Made by a program: the position numbers and the translations under genes. A stretch of DNA of 63,183 nt, the filler included, from Chiloscyllium plagiosum (taxonomy: Eukaryota): the NCBI RefSeq assembly GCF_004010195.1. It is 6 parts of 6 records of this genome, joined end to end, with 100 filler letters (N's around TTAATTAATTAA, not from the genome) between each part and the next. Parts side by side here need not be neighbours in the genome. Positions count along the whole stretch, not along the records: positions 18,255 to 48,809 come from NC_057753.1; positions 48,910 to 52,512 come from NW_025203269.1; positions 52,613 to 57,317 come from NW_025196216.1; 3 more parts are not named here. The stretch is one strand, 5' to 3'. Under the pieces are notes generated by a model. It had not been told where the DNA came from and searched no databases. It saw only the letters and a list, made by a program, of their open reading frames with translations. Shown piece after piece: positions 41,038 through 54,711 of this stretch (the stretch's first letter is position 1; each line of letters opens with the position of its first letter).

Positions 41038-42359
41038 AGTTCTTTAAGTTTACTGTTAAGCAGAATTCCACATAAATGCAAGAAACCAATGAACTGATGA
41101 AATTCCAAAACATAAGTTAACATACACTCAGAACAAATGATTGTCTGTTCATATGATTAGGCCGGATATTACAATAGTGGCAGGGTTTCTGATCCAAGCC
41201 TTTAACATTGATCAAGGCATTTACAAATAAATAAACATGAAAAGCGTTCCTACCACAGCATTTAAATCATAATTAAGAAGCTCAGAATGTCAAACAGCTC
41301 ATTAATCTTGAATTCCTCATCGATACAAGATCCAGACATTCCACGTAGAACAAAAAATAATCGAGTTAAGCCAAATAAATAGATAATAGAAAAGTCCAAA
41401 TCTAAAATTAAAAGACGGAAGTAAACACTCCTTTGCATTTTAGTTCGCAACACCACAGAGTCCCTGTTCAAGGTATTCTGTAGATGGAAGAAATGGTCGA
41501 CGATAAAGGTTGCTGACAAGTACATCAATGACTCAGAACAGGAAATCTTCAATAAAGCTTTCACATATAAGGATACACATTGAGAAGAATGTTAACTTTG
41601 TGTATTTTCCCTTCCAAATGTAATGCCAATCTCAAGACCTTGCCAAATGGGCAAACCCAGAAATAGTTTCAAGATTGTCATATCTGGCCGGGAGAGAAAC
41701 TGCCAAAACTGGATAAATGTTTCAAACCATGTTTTAGCATTATGCGGGGATATATTCCGGGAAGCTATCAGGAACATGAAATTAAACATTCTGAGGCCCT
41801 TGGACAAAAAAATTTTGAAATGAGCCATTGACTTTTACAAGAAACAGGAGGTAACAAAGAACTTACATTGCCACCTGCATAATGCATTTACTTGTAGATA
41901 AAATATGAAATTCTATCCTTCATATCAATTGGACGCAATCTTTGGAAATTGCTATCTACCAGAGTTACAATGTGACTTGATTTATACCGGAATGTTAGAA
42001 GCGATATTGTTTTAAAAGGGGTGAATTCCAGGACAGTGAAAAATCCTTGTGTCACCTCAGCCATGAAAGAAATGAGTGTTTGCTTTGTATCTTAAAACTT
42101 GTACTTTATCTTCTTTACAATATAGCTTCATGAGATTTGCAGATAAGGCTAATATGAGAGTGATATTTACACGAACAATAGCAAACAATCAGAACGTCTG
42201 CCATCTTGCTAAGCCTGTAAAATTCATTTGCATCCAACGATATAATTCATATGCATCTTCACTTTGAACGTTGCTCCTGTTTTATCTTATAAACAAAATT
42301 ATTTGTCGATCAACGCAATGTTAAACTTTGTCAACATAATGCGCTGGACTATAATAAAT

Positions 42360-42843
42360 ATGGCTACAGAAAAGGTTGATAAGGATGTATTCGGTTTTGG
42401 AGGATTTGACTGAATAGGCTGGGGCTGCTTTCCATGGAGCGTCGGAGGCTAAGGTGCATAAAATCATAACAGAGGTTTATAATATCATGGGAGCGTGCAT
42501 AATAATAAGACACAAATATTTCCCCTAGCGTGGGGAATCCAGAACTAGAGGGCATAAGTTTATGGTGAGATGGGAAATCTTTAATAGGGATCTAAGGGGA
42601 ACTTTTTGATGCTTGCTTTGTCAGAGGGTGATGCTTGTATGGAATAATCTGCTAGAGGAAGTGGTGGAGATTGGTACAATTGCAACATTTTAAAGGCACC
42701 TGGATGGATATATGAATAGGAAGGGTTTAGAGGGATATGAGCCAAGTGCTGGCAAGTAAGACTAGATTAGTTCAGGATATCTGTTTGGCATGGACAAGTT
42801 GAACTGAAGGTTTTTTTCCCGTGCTGTACGCCTCCATGACTCC
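42360..42843 (+). mobile_element. CR1 LINE 3' fragment
   Basis: Similar to the CR1 3' ends at 9604-10090 and 11177-11760. Confidence 0.85.
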
Positions 42844-45800
42844 AAATATTATTGAAGTTTTATTTCAGTTTTCTCTGAAGTTCCCGTCGCTTAATCGAAC
42901 AAATACTTTCAGAATATTTTTTCCAGCTTTGTTTCCTTCAATGACTCAGTTTGTAAAATTCATCCTGAGTTGTTGTAACCATTATGCCACAAATGAATAA
43001 AGTGGTAAAATTCAGTCAAGTAAATGGAATCCCTTTCAATTATATACGTTTGATTTTGTTGTTGAATTCGCTCCTGGGGTGTGCGTGATACTAGTATGGT
43101 CAATAGTTATGCACAATTAATTGCCTTTAAGAAATGCTAATGAGCTCAGTATTTGAACTTCTGAAATCTATATCTTGTTGCTGCACATGCTAATGCTTCA
43201 GAAAGGGACTTCAAGTCATTGATTCATTAAAAAGAAGGTATGTGGAAAATAGTATTCCATATCAGTGTGGTCAGAGTCTTGTATGGGACCATTCGCGTTA
43301 GTGTCCCTTGTGTGTTCTTCTGTTTCAGTTCCAGACGACACAGTTCATCGGTTTGGGATAAAGGACCTTAATGTTCAAATCATCGTAAAATGGAGAGCCA
43401 GAGAAAAGCACTGAGTTAGTGTCGTAGAATTTCACGCACAGCAAATCCACCGTTCAGTTCGAAGTAATTAACTACAAACTGAGTACCTAAAGCGATTGAA
43501 TTGAATTGAATTGAATGCTTCATTTCACTGACTCTTGAGTGAACTACGCAAAAGAACTGCTACGTTTCGAGATGAAAACCTGTATGTATAAATCACTCTC
43601 TCAACAATTTGGGATTACGTTTGACCACAGATTTATCTAGCCTCATCACTATAACATAAAGCCAAAAGTTGTAGGTGCTGCAAGTCTGGAAGTCCGAGAA
43701 ACTCAGAACACCCTCTGTGGAGAAGAAAGCCAAGTTAATGTTGCGAGTCCAGAGATCCATATTCAGCCATCAGCTTTTGGCTGAAAGAAGAGGTCAGAGA
43801 TGAAAACTTCTATGATTGATAAGTGAACCCCTTACTTCCAAAAGGCCAAGTAAAGGGGAGAAACTGATGATTCTACAAGTGACGTTATTAACCCAATAAT
43901 GAATTGAGAAAATTGACACAAGTGTCATAGAAAATTATATTAAGTCATTCATGCAATAAAGCTTCGAAAATTTCGCGAGGCACAAATTTGAAATGATTGG
44001 ACGGAGTAATGGTGAAAAGATTATTTGTAATTATTTATTGTTTCACACGTCATATTTTTCCATAATGCTTTAAGGTACTGCCAATTGTCAGCATGCTGCC
44101 ATTTTACAATAAATCGTTCACAGGTTTAATTTATTCCTCCAGAAGTAATGTAAATGCAGCATCATTGTTAAAATAAAAACTGACATCAACAAACAAAATG
44201 GAATTTCAGTGTGTAGTGTCTGGTAATTTCAGTTTAAAGTTTAATGTTTAAAACTTACCGAAAAGGAAACTGATTGATGCTTCTCCCACGTGACAATACT
44301 AACTTCGTTGGGTCCTATTCTGGAAATCGAAATTTCCTTCTTACATGTCTGGAACATTTCAGAGAAAATGTGCTTCAGAGTTATCGTTCTGTGAGCCCTT
44401 TCCTGTTAAAAATTAATATATGCTCATGTTACTAAAGGGGAATCACAAGAACTTTGAGCAGTTTATCATGCTCAGAGCCAATTCAGTTTCTTAAAAACAA
44501 GCAATAATATAAAATTATGATTAAGTATTCTGAAATTAATACAAAGAAGTCAAGAAACAATGGGTCAAATACACTGAAAGTATTATGGATGCAAGAATCA
44601 GAATGCATCACTTTGACGCTATTTCAATGGCGTGCTTTTTATTATTCACATGAACTTGGAAAACTGTCAGAAAATTGCTAATGCATAATACTTCTGCTAG
44701 TTTCGAGGGCTTAATACATGGTTTCAAATAAAATAAATTCAGGTGTACTGCTTTCACTTTTAGCTGAGCATGATCAGAATCTTTCTCTCAGTATTCATTG
44801 AAGGAAAATAAATCGTTATCGAGTAGAAAAAAGAATGATGTGTTGTGGTATCACCAGAGTGCAGTTGGTGTTCTGTGATTAATTGATGCGTTCAGATTTG
44901 ATCTGAGGAACAGTATCTTGTGCCATCAAGTGACTAATGTATGTAAGTTAAGTAATATGAGCGCTTAGGAACTGATGGAAAGATGCTCAAATTCTTTGGT
45001 CCGTTCCTCCATGATTTAAAATCATGTTTAAGTTGAGTCTTGAATAAATTCAACAACTTCGACAGTGTATGGTGTAAAGCTATATCGCAAATATCTAGCG
45101 AACTCAGTTGTTAACAATCCCGTAATCAACTACCTTTTGAGGGAGGTAACTTCAGAGTTTGAATGGTATACGTCGTTATAACACCTTCACTACTGAATGC
45201 CCTCGATATAATTCTAGAATCACGGCCGCAAGATGAGATAGTTACTGCAAAATCTATTTATAAGATATAACCATTTAGACGGGTGAGGTTAAATAGCTCC
45301 TCTTCGTTCTGTACTTTACAGAAGATATGCCTTGTCTCTGGAAACTGTTTGCTGTACTTTAAGTCAAAGCACAGGAATTACTTTTTCCTTAAATTTTTAG
45401 ATAGCACCTCCAAAGACAACGGAAGAACATTGACCAGAAATAATGCAACACTAGCGAAGTTATCTAAAGCAAACAAGTTACTTGCTCTGCATATCAGTCC
45501 ATTTGACTCATTGCTCTCTCCATCTATCATTTATCATACTGTTCCTATCTTGTGGAAACCGAACATTTGGCCAATGGAGCCAACAGCCAATCGTCTGAAA
45601 GTATCCCACCCGACCTACACTCGACTGCATCCCTGAAAATCTGCATTTCTCATGGCTAATCCACATACACTTGCTTTGACAGTGGAAGAACCATAGCTCC
45701 TGCAGAAGACAGAAAAATGCGCAAGCTCCATACAAGCAGTCATCCAAAGTATGAATCGAACCTTCGTCTGTCGTGTCGTTTGGCAGGATTGCCATCCTCT

Positions 45801-46774
45801 GAGTTGCCGACTTATTAATTGAAAAACAAAGTAGCCTTCGTCTCTTTGCACCTTTACTATATCTTCAACGTTTTTACCTATTATCTTTATCTTTCTCTGT
45901 TCCTTCATGTCGCTCAATGCTGAACAACATGCTGTGCCTTCTAACTGGTTCACACATTATTTAATTGCAACAACATTTGTAAAAAGTGTAACGTTCGTTA
46001 TTTCAAGACCAGGAATGTGAGATCATTACAATGTTTTTCGGAAAAAAAATTTACTTGCAGATTCTGCTTTCAAATCTCACGATTTCCATTCTCAAAGTCA
46101 TCAAAGGTATGTGCCTCAGTCAGTATGTTCGCGTTATTCTGCATTTCGTAGCTTCAGACCCTCTCACAAACCATATCCCTATCTCTCTGCTCCTGATACT
46201 TGTTTCTGTGTCTCTTTACGATTTACTTTCTTCATCATTCTTCAGATTCACAACCGCAGAAAACGTTGGATTAAAAAGCTTGAGAAAAGTGAATTAAATT
46301 TCACAAGAAGTTTACACAATCCCTGCCTACTTGCCAACCAAACACAATTTACGAATGTAAATGAATAAATCCATTGTTATATCACGGCACTATCTCGCTC
46401 ACATATCCCCAGGAAAGTGACACGGATGGTTTTAGCGATGAAACGCTTAAAAAAAGGAAAAGATTTACCAATCTGATATTTTTCTCTACCAAAGAAATGT
46501 TTCCCTAGACTCCATACTGTAAGTTGCTCCCTAACAGTCAATACACCATCGTCATATAATTAATGTCTGCAAGTTAACATTTGTTTGCACTTCCATCTGT
46601 TTCCTGACCATGTCCCTTTGTTAATCAGCCAGTCACTAGTCACTAGCTTTCCCTTGACTGTTTCTGTAACTTTATACAAGAACACATAAAACCATAACTG
46701 ATCATACCTCAAGGCAGTCAGCTCAGCCCCTTCTGAATGCATGTAGATTTTTTTGCTTTATTAACTTGACGAAC

Positions 46775-48330
46775 AAAGTTAAAAATCACTGAACACAAGG
46801 TTATAGTCCGACAGGTTTATTTGGAAGCATTAGCCTTCCAAGCGCTCCTTCTTCTTCAGGTGGTTGTCGAGCATTTCCACAAGACACAGAATTTACAGCA
46901 AAATATGTCAGTGCATTGCAGTTGAAATATGTTAAACCGACTTAGATTACGTTTTTCATGCTTTAGAATTGCTAGCTTAGTTTTGTTAATATGTAAATCT
47001 CAGAACCCCTTTTTTAAGCCATATGTTCATGATATGGCTTTTCAGTTGTTCTGAAAAATGTTGTCATCGCAGCTCAGGCAATGAATTAAAGGTGTGAGGC
47101 AAACGTTTTTCTATGTACTAATCTTGAGTCCGACTGGTTCTAATTCTCAAGTGGGATTTACAGAGTCTTACAAGGACTGTCCTTTGGTTTTGCATTTCTT
47201 GAGCAAAATAAAATTCAGTTCTGCAAATAAAAAATCACCTCATAAACTTACGTGTGCGTGCGTGCTGCAGAGCCATTGCGAGTGTGTGCATGTGAGTGTG
47301 TACGTGTGGATGTGAGAACATGTGAGAGAGTGTGTGCTTGCATGTGTAAGCTTGTGAACTATGTGTGTAACTGTGAAGCGGTATGAGCCTGTGAGACGGT
47401 GCGTGTGTGGTTGTGAGTGTGCGGAGTGTGTGTGCGCGCCTGAGAGAGTGCTGGTTTATGAGAGAGAGTCAATCTTAGTGTGCGAGAATGTGGGAGTGTG
47501 TGTGTGTTTGCGTGTGTGCGCGCACTGTGGTGTGTGTGTGTGGTCGAGGGAGAGTGTATAGTGCAGTGGGGTAAAGTGTAGCGTGCCATGAACCCAAGGT
47601 CGCGACAGTGGCCACCCTCATGTGTATCAAAATTGGCTATGAATCTCTGCTCTGCTACTTTGCATTGTTGCATTTCCCGAATCCGACTTGGAGGATGGTC
47701 ACCCTAAGGTCCGAGGCCGAATACCTTGGACCATGGAAGAATTCCCCCACTGAGGGAACACCTTTGCTTGGTGATTATTTTGGGTGTCCATTCACCCGTT
47801 GCTGTAGTGTCTGCTCTATCTCGCCAATGTACCACGTCTGAGGGTATGTTTGCCTGCAGCGTACGAGATAGGCAACGTTGGTCGAGTCATATAAGTACTG
47901 CCACAAACATGTCGCCTTGTGTATGTCGCCTTGTGCATTTGTAGTATGCTTGTTGATACGCTGACACGTCTTGCAGCAGTTGCCATCAGAGGGTTTTATA
48001 GTGATGTGGTCAATGATGTCCCGAAGGCTGGGCAGCTCGCTGTCAACTGTTTAGGGTTTGGTATTTGCTTAAAGGCAAGAAGTGAAGGTGTGGGAAAGGT
48101 CTTGGCTAGGTGCTTAACTTCACGCCTTTAAACAACCATCAAACATTAAACAGATCATTATTCGCAGCAAACTGCATAACCTTCAGGCCAACGTTGGCCA
48201 CAGCACCATACAACCATGTCACGACAGCTGTCTGGGATGTTTAGCCTCGGACGTTCGGGTGACAATCCTCCAATCTGGACTTCTGAACAAGCAACAATTG
48301 AAAGTGACTGAGCAGAGGATGATGGCCAAG
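46775..48330 (-). mobile_element. Penelope-like element fragments with (TG)n-rich tract
   Basis: MQQCKVAEQRFIANFDTHEGG..RDLGFM (Penelope ORF C-terminus) and a terminal-repeat-like start at ~46775. Confidence 0.7.
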
Positions 48331-48544
48331 TTTGTTCCGCATAAGGATGGCCACAACCAGGATCTTGTGTTCATGTGACACTACAGATGCACTACACTCT
48401 CTCTCTTTCACTCACACATACACACACATGCATGCACATGCACACACAAACACACACACAGTCCTGCATACTCACACACTAACACAGACCCTCCATCATA
48501 CACAAGTTCTCTCTCACTTGCACACACAGCCACATACCACACTC

Positions 48545-48809
48545 ACTACCATGTATGCCGCACGCTCTCACAGGCTTACACCCCATCTTCCGCCGCCTTC
48601 GCCTCCGTGCCTTCTTTTTCAATCAAGACCCTCACCCACCCTCTGACGACCCCTTCTCCCACCTCCAACACACCCCGTCCACCTGGACACCCCGTGCTGG
48701 CCTCCTACCTGCCCTCGACCTCTTTATTGCAAACTGCCGCCGCGATATTAACCGCTACCTGAACTCCCACACTCCCCCCACCCACTCCAACCTCTCACCC
48801 TCGGAACGC
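48545..48809 (+). mobile_element. Penelope-like element, N-terminal ORF fragment (cut by the join)
   Basis: FRRLRLRAFFF..PFSHLQHTPSTWTP..LDLFIANCRRDIN..HSNLSPSER. Confidence 0.75.
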
Positions 48810-48909
48810 NNNNNNNNNNNNNNNNNNNNNNNNNNNNNNNNNNNNNNNNNNNNTTAATTAATTAANNNNNNNNNNNNNNNNNNNNNNNNNNNNNNNNNNN
48901 NNNNNNNNN
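48810..48909. other. Artificial 100-bp join
   Basis: 44N-TTAATTAATTAA-44N. Confidence 0.97.
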
Positions 48910-49201
48910 TTGTACAGCTGACAGCCTTCAGCAACTTCAAGACATTTTACTTGGCATCACAAATCAACCCTGTCCCAATCAAAAAGTCCCAGAATAGGTA
49001 CAGCATGAGGTTTGACACAGCGTAAAGCTCTATCTACACTGTCCCAATGAACTGCCTTAACCCCTGAACCTCAGAAGTGTCCCTGAGCCAGTCCTGAGAA
49101 GAAAGAGAGTTGAAATTCAGTGCTGACAATGACCTTTGCCCTGCCAGCTCAGCCCTGTTCTGTTTAAAGTTGTGTCTCCTCTGTGGACTATCTCAAACAC
49201 T

Positions 49202-49530
49202 CTACACACATTCTGATCTCCTGATGCTCTTGCTGAGGGGAGAGGGGAGGGTCACGTGGGTGAGTGCACAGGAGAAGCGAGCGTTGGACTCCCAGTCAGA
49301 CCCAGAGAAGGTCAGCAGGCTGCTGACACCGTAGGTGATGTCCGAAGCTCGCAGGTAGTTGCTGGTCCGAACCCCGTCCGAAATGACTGCACCGTCCTTC
49401 TTCCACTGCACCTCCAGCTCATCGGGATAGAAGTGATTGGCAAGGCACACCAGGGTGGCAGTGCCCTTGGCATTGACCTGCTCCGGGGAGGGGGGCAGCA
49501 GGGTCAGCTTGGGCTGAGTGTTCTCACGGC
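49202..49530 (-). CDS. IGKC: Ig light chain constant exon, kappa-type (shark NS4/type III-like), intact
   Basis: TTGTCTTTCAG acceptor, phase 1. RENTQPKLTLLPPSPEQVNAKGTATLVCLANHFYPDELEVQWKKDG..YGVSSLLTF..W..NARFSCALTH..LSKSIRRSECV*: C1-set motifs with the penultimate interchain Cys. Confidence 0.93.
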
Positions 49531-52512
49531 CTGAAAGACAAGAGAAACAATGTTAATCCCTGCCATTCCAAGGGATTTCAATTCTCAGAATATTCACTGG
49601 TAAAATATTTGAATATTTGTCTCCAATACCTAATAAACCAGACAAAAGAATTTACATTTTTTAAATTGATTCTTGGGATATGAGTGTCACTAGCAGGAGC
49701 AGAATTTATTGCTCATCCCTAATTGCCCCTGAGAAGGTGATTGTGAAAGAGAAGGGACAGTTTTGGACTGTCGTTTGGGGAATGAATGTGGGCAGATGGA
49801 AGAACTAAAAGATGGCGAGCATTTTAGTGAGAGTGATCAGAACTCAGTGAGATTGAACTTAAGGATGGAAATGGAGAATCATGGAATAAGTGTAAAAGTT
49901 TTCATTTTACTAAATGTTTCGGTAATTTAGTAAAAGTGGACTGGAACCAGTGACATGATGGGAAATCAGTGTCAGGGCAGTGGGAGCCCTCAAGTGACAA
50001 GACAGAGATCGTTCAGAATCTGTTCCCACAAAGAGTAAGGGTGGGACTCCCAAATCTAGACTCTCAGCCTGGGATGTCAAAAGGCAGCCAGTGTAGGGAA
50101 GACCAAACAGGGAAGGTGATGTTGGTTATCTGGAGATCAAACCTGCAGAAAGCTGAGAGGAGGATAGAAAATGCAGGATTAAAATTGAACAGGACCTGAG
50201 GAAGGCAAAGAGTTGACAGGATGAAATATGTCCAAATGAATCAGGGAAATCCTACTGAACAAGAGGATTGGGGGTCATGTACTGACATGGATTGGGAACT
50301 GGTTGACAGACAGGGCAGGAAGAACAAATCTTTTTCTGAATGGTAGGTAGTTACCAGTTGGGGTACCACAGGGGCCAGTCCTTGGTACCCAGTTATTCAT
50401 AATATAATAGAGTCATACAGTCAGAGAGACCCAAAAGACCCACCAGCCTCTGGCTGAAAACAATTACTCCACAATTCCCCTCGAACTCTGTGTCCAATTA
50501 ATTTCAATCTCTCCCCATGGTTATTGCCCTCTGTGCTGATGGAAATCAGTCCTTCCTACCCACCCTATCCAGGCCCCTCATCATTTTCAACACCTCGATC
50601 AAATCACCCCTCAGCCTCCTGTGTTCCAAAGAATACAATCCCAGCCAAACCAATTATTCCTCAAAGCTAAAACTCCCCATTTTTGACAAAATCCTCCTCT
50701 GTCCCCATCTCTAGTGGGATCACATCCTTCCTGTAATGTGGTGACCAGAGCCGTAGACAGTTCTCTCACTGTGCTCTAACTGGGCTTTTATAACTGGATT
50801 AATGGGATCAAAGAATGTGGGGAGAAAGCAGCAATAGGGGACTATGTTGGATGATTGACCATGATCATATTGAATGGTGGAGCATGCTTGACGGGCTGAA
50901 TGGCCTCCTATGTTTGATGCTTCTATCTGTTTCTCAGATATTGAAGGAATGTCTCTTGTCAATTTGAACCTGGAAGTCATATGTGTGTGGAGGTGGAAGA
51001 TGTGGCCATGGTGATTAATGAATGCGGGTCAGTAAGGTGGTTAAGAAGACACATGGGATAAACTGTTTTTCTTTTTCCCTTGATGGAATGAGGTCATTGC
51101 TGGATCGGCAGCATTTATTGCCCATCCATAATCGCCCAGAGGGCAGTTTAGAGTCAACCACATTGCTGTGGGTCTGGAGTCACATGGTAACGATGACCGT
51201 TTCCTTCCCTAAAGGTCATTAGTGAATCAGATGGCTTTTTCCTGACAATCAACGATGGTCATCATTAGACTCTTAATTCCAGATTCTTTTATTGAATTCA
51301 CATTCCACCATCAGCTGTGGCAGGATTCTAACCCTGGTTCCCAGAACATTATCTAGGCCTATGAATTAAGAGTTCAGTAATTGTATCATTAGACCATCAC
51401 CTCCCTTTATAATTTTTGGTTGAGAGCGAAAGCAAGGAGTTTGTTTATTCTGGAACTGTATAAAAGCCCAGTTAGAGCACAGTGAGAGAACTGTCTATGG
51501 CTCTGGTCACCACATTACAGGAAGGATGTGATCCCACTAGAGATGGGGGCAGAGGAAGATTTTGTCAAAAATGGGGAGTTATAGCTCCTATTTCTTAAAA
51601 TCGTCTGAAGAGTTTCCCCAAAACCCTGGAACACTGAACCCACTGGACTGTGAGCCCTGCTGTAGCTGTTTGTCATCAGAATGTTGCCAAGAGATAACCA
51701 AGGAGTGGAGAGAATGTGCATCTGTGTGGGAATTTCAGGATACTTTGCAGTTCCTGGAATACCACGAGTGTAGGAAGTATGGTCAGTGACAGCAGTTGGA
51801 GCTCTGGGTTTCGGAGCTTGAGCAGCAGCTGGTGTCAGTATGGAGCGTCCGTGAGGCTGAAAGCTCCATGGAGAGCACGTTTCGAGATGTTAAGAAAGAT
51901 TCTGGGTAATCCAAGGAGGACGGGAAAAATTTCTGCTGTAACAGCTGCTCCTTTTTTGAGGTATTTTAGCTGCTGGAGGTGATTTCCTCGAATTGCGGGA
52001 TCAGCAATTACTGTTTTGTATGCTGTTGCATTGTTTTGAAGCTTTGGAAAAAGAAGTCAAAACAATAGCAGTTGTAAAAGGCAGAAGAACAGACAAAGTA
52101 AGCACATGGTGAGGTCTTTGCAGGAGAGAGAGAGAGAGCCTGCACAGTTATTGCCTTTGCTCTTTGAATTCATGTATCGCTGGACATCGGGGTGCGTCTG
52201 GGAAAATTATCAAACAGTGAAATTCACAACTGATCTTGGGGGATCTGTTGGGAGAAGTTCACAGCACAGAATCAGATAAGTTAATTGTTGTTTTAAGTGT
52301 AGCCTACAGAGAATCTGCAGTAGTGAGTAGAGTTGCTTCTTTCTTGATTATATGTTTCTGGAGATATGTCTCTTGATGTAACTTAAAATATAAGCCATAA
52401 CTATTAATTTAACCTGGGGCAGGGTCTGTAGAGGAATAAGACATTGTTATTTTCTGGGTCTGTAGATTGTGAAGGAGAAAAAAAATGGCCTTTAATAGAG
52501 TGATATGTACTT

Positions 52513-52612
52513 NNNNNNNNNNNNNNNNNNNNNNNNNNNNNNNNNNNNNNNNNNNNTTAATTAATTAANNNNNNNNNNNNNNNNNNNNNNNNNNNNNNNN
52601 NNNNNNNNNNNN
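52513..52612. other. Artificial 100-bp join
   Basis: 44N-TTAATTAATTAA-44N. Confidence 0.97.
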
Positions 52613-53828
52613 GTCAATCTGCTTTCTTGCACTGAAGTAACCTGAAAAGAGATTGTGTTACATACCTCTCTAACAGAGTGTAAGTGAACACAGGCCACCT
52701 GGCACAGAATCAGGGACTCTACTACAACATCACAACAGACCTGAACACAATGAGCTTGACACTATCACGGAGAACACAGCCCAACTGTTTTGACAATACA
52801 TAAACCATGTTAGTTATTATCACCTTCCAACAACCAGGGATTGTTCCAGAATTTTTGTACAATGAAAGTAACATTTCAACATTTATCCAAGAATGCTTTG
52901 ACAGCAGCTCCAAATTGTTCAAACTCTATGGGAACTACAGAGGAATAAAACTCGGAATTGCATTGCCATCAAATCACTGTCACTGGATTTCACCCGAGAA
53001 CTCCCTTCCTCTTTCCCCTGTGAAAGTTGCTGCACCAGACGGTCGACTTAGTTTGGAAAAGATTAAAATGTTTTGAAATGTAATATGACCGTTGCCAGTG
53101 ACATTAAAAGCTGATAATAGGTTTTCAAATAATAAGATACAACAAAATTCTGATTCTACATTGTGCCACGGAACATGTCCTGCATAACTGAGGCACAAAG
53201 AAAATATACAGCATATTTCCCTCTGCTTCGCTCAATCAAATATCTCTTGTTGCCAACAACCAATTTCAAAACTCTTGCTATCTGCCTTTTGTTCCTGAAA
53301 CGTTCGTTCTGATTGGAACAACTTAGTCAGGGCTCTCAATTCTGAAGCACCTACAAACTGCACAACAGACTTAATCCTAGAGGATAGATTGCTCAACTCC
53401 TCACGTCAAATATATTCACTGTAATTGAACATTCATCAGAGGAACTAACCAGAGGATTAATGTGAATGAGAATGTGTTCACAATGAACATAAATAACCAC
53501 TGAGTTAATAAACTTAATAAGTCATTGTATTTAACAAAATTATTGAGGTGGGAAATATCGCCAAATAAAGCACAGATCCGGAGGAAATGGATTATTCTCT
53601 AAATTATTTTTACATATTCTTAAAACGTTCCTTGAACTGTGGAGATTTTGCATGCAGTGCATAAAGTCAATACTGCATTCCAGTGTGGAAAGCATTTCTG
53701 TTGAATGAATTAGGGCAAGGTCATTTTCTTGTTAACTGCTTTTAATAAACGAAAATGTTTAAAAAGGTATGAATTGAAAACATGCTTCTGTCTGGAGTTG
53801 CCCGATTTAGCGGATGTCTAAGTAAATG

Positions 53829-54118
53829 TGGGCACTGCTGCCTCACAGATCCAGGTACCCAGGCTCGGTTCCATCCTCGGGTGACTGCCTGTGTGGAGTT
53901 TACGCAATCTCCCCTGTGTCTGTGTGGGTTTTCTCCCACAATCCAAAGATGTGAATGTCAGGTGAACTGGTCATGCTATATCATCCATCGTGTTAGGTGC
54001 ATTAGTCAGGGGTAAATATCGGGCAGGGGAATGGGTCTGGGTGGATTACTCTTCAGAGGGTCGGTGTGGACTTGTTGGGCCAAATGACCCGATACATACT
54101 GCAGGAAATCTAATCTAA
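53829..54118 (+). mobile_element. HE1-like V-SINE (in the JH-C intron)
   Basis: V-domain and tail. Confidence 0.87.
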
Positions 54119-54369
54119 ATGATTGTCACACTTAACTAATGTGAGCAGATTCCTTCCGATCGCTACATTGCAATAAATCGGTCAAGTATATTTATTAAAA
54201 TAAATATGACTCTATTTTAAGTTTCTGAATAAACAATGTGCTCTGTTATCCTCTAGTTCATGTATTCTGCAAATTTGTGAACTCTGCATCCATCTGAACA
54301 CATCGATGTAAAATGGATTCTCTGCGTTTGCAGCAAGCACTCCCATGGTTTGAAAATTAGGGTTCCTAC

Positions 54370-54711
54370 AATATAGAAACAGGCCATTTGGCCCAACAAT
54401 TCCACACTGACCCTCTGAACAGTAAGTAGCACACCCAGACCCATTCCCCCTAATTTATATTTACCCCTGACTAATGCACCCTAACCTACACATCCCTGAA
54501 CACTATGTGCAATTTAGCGCAGCCAATCACCTGACCTGCACATCTTTTGGACTGTGGTAGGAAAACAGAGCGCCCGAAGGAAACCCACGCAGACTCCACA
54601 CAGGCAGAGAATGTGCAAACTCCACACAGGCAGTCACCCGAGGATGGAACCGAGCCTGGGTACCTGGATCTGTGAGGCAGCAGTGCCAACCACTGAGACA
54701 CCATGCTGCCC
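54370..54711 (-). mobile_element. HE1-like V-SINE (in the JH-C intron)
   Basis: Reverse copy, tail-to-tail with the previous one. Confidence 0.87.
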
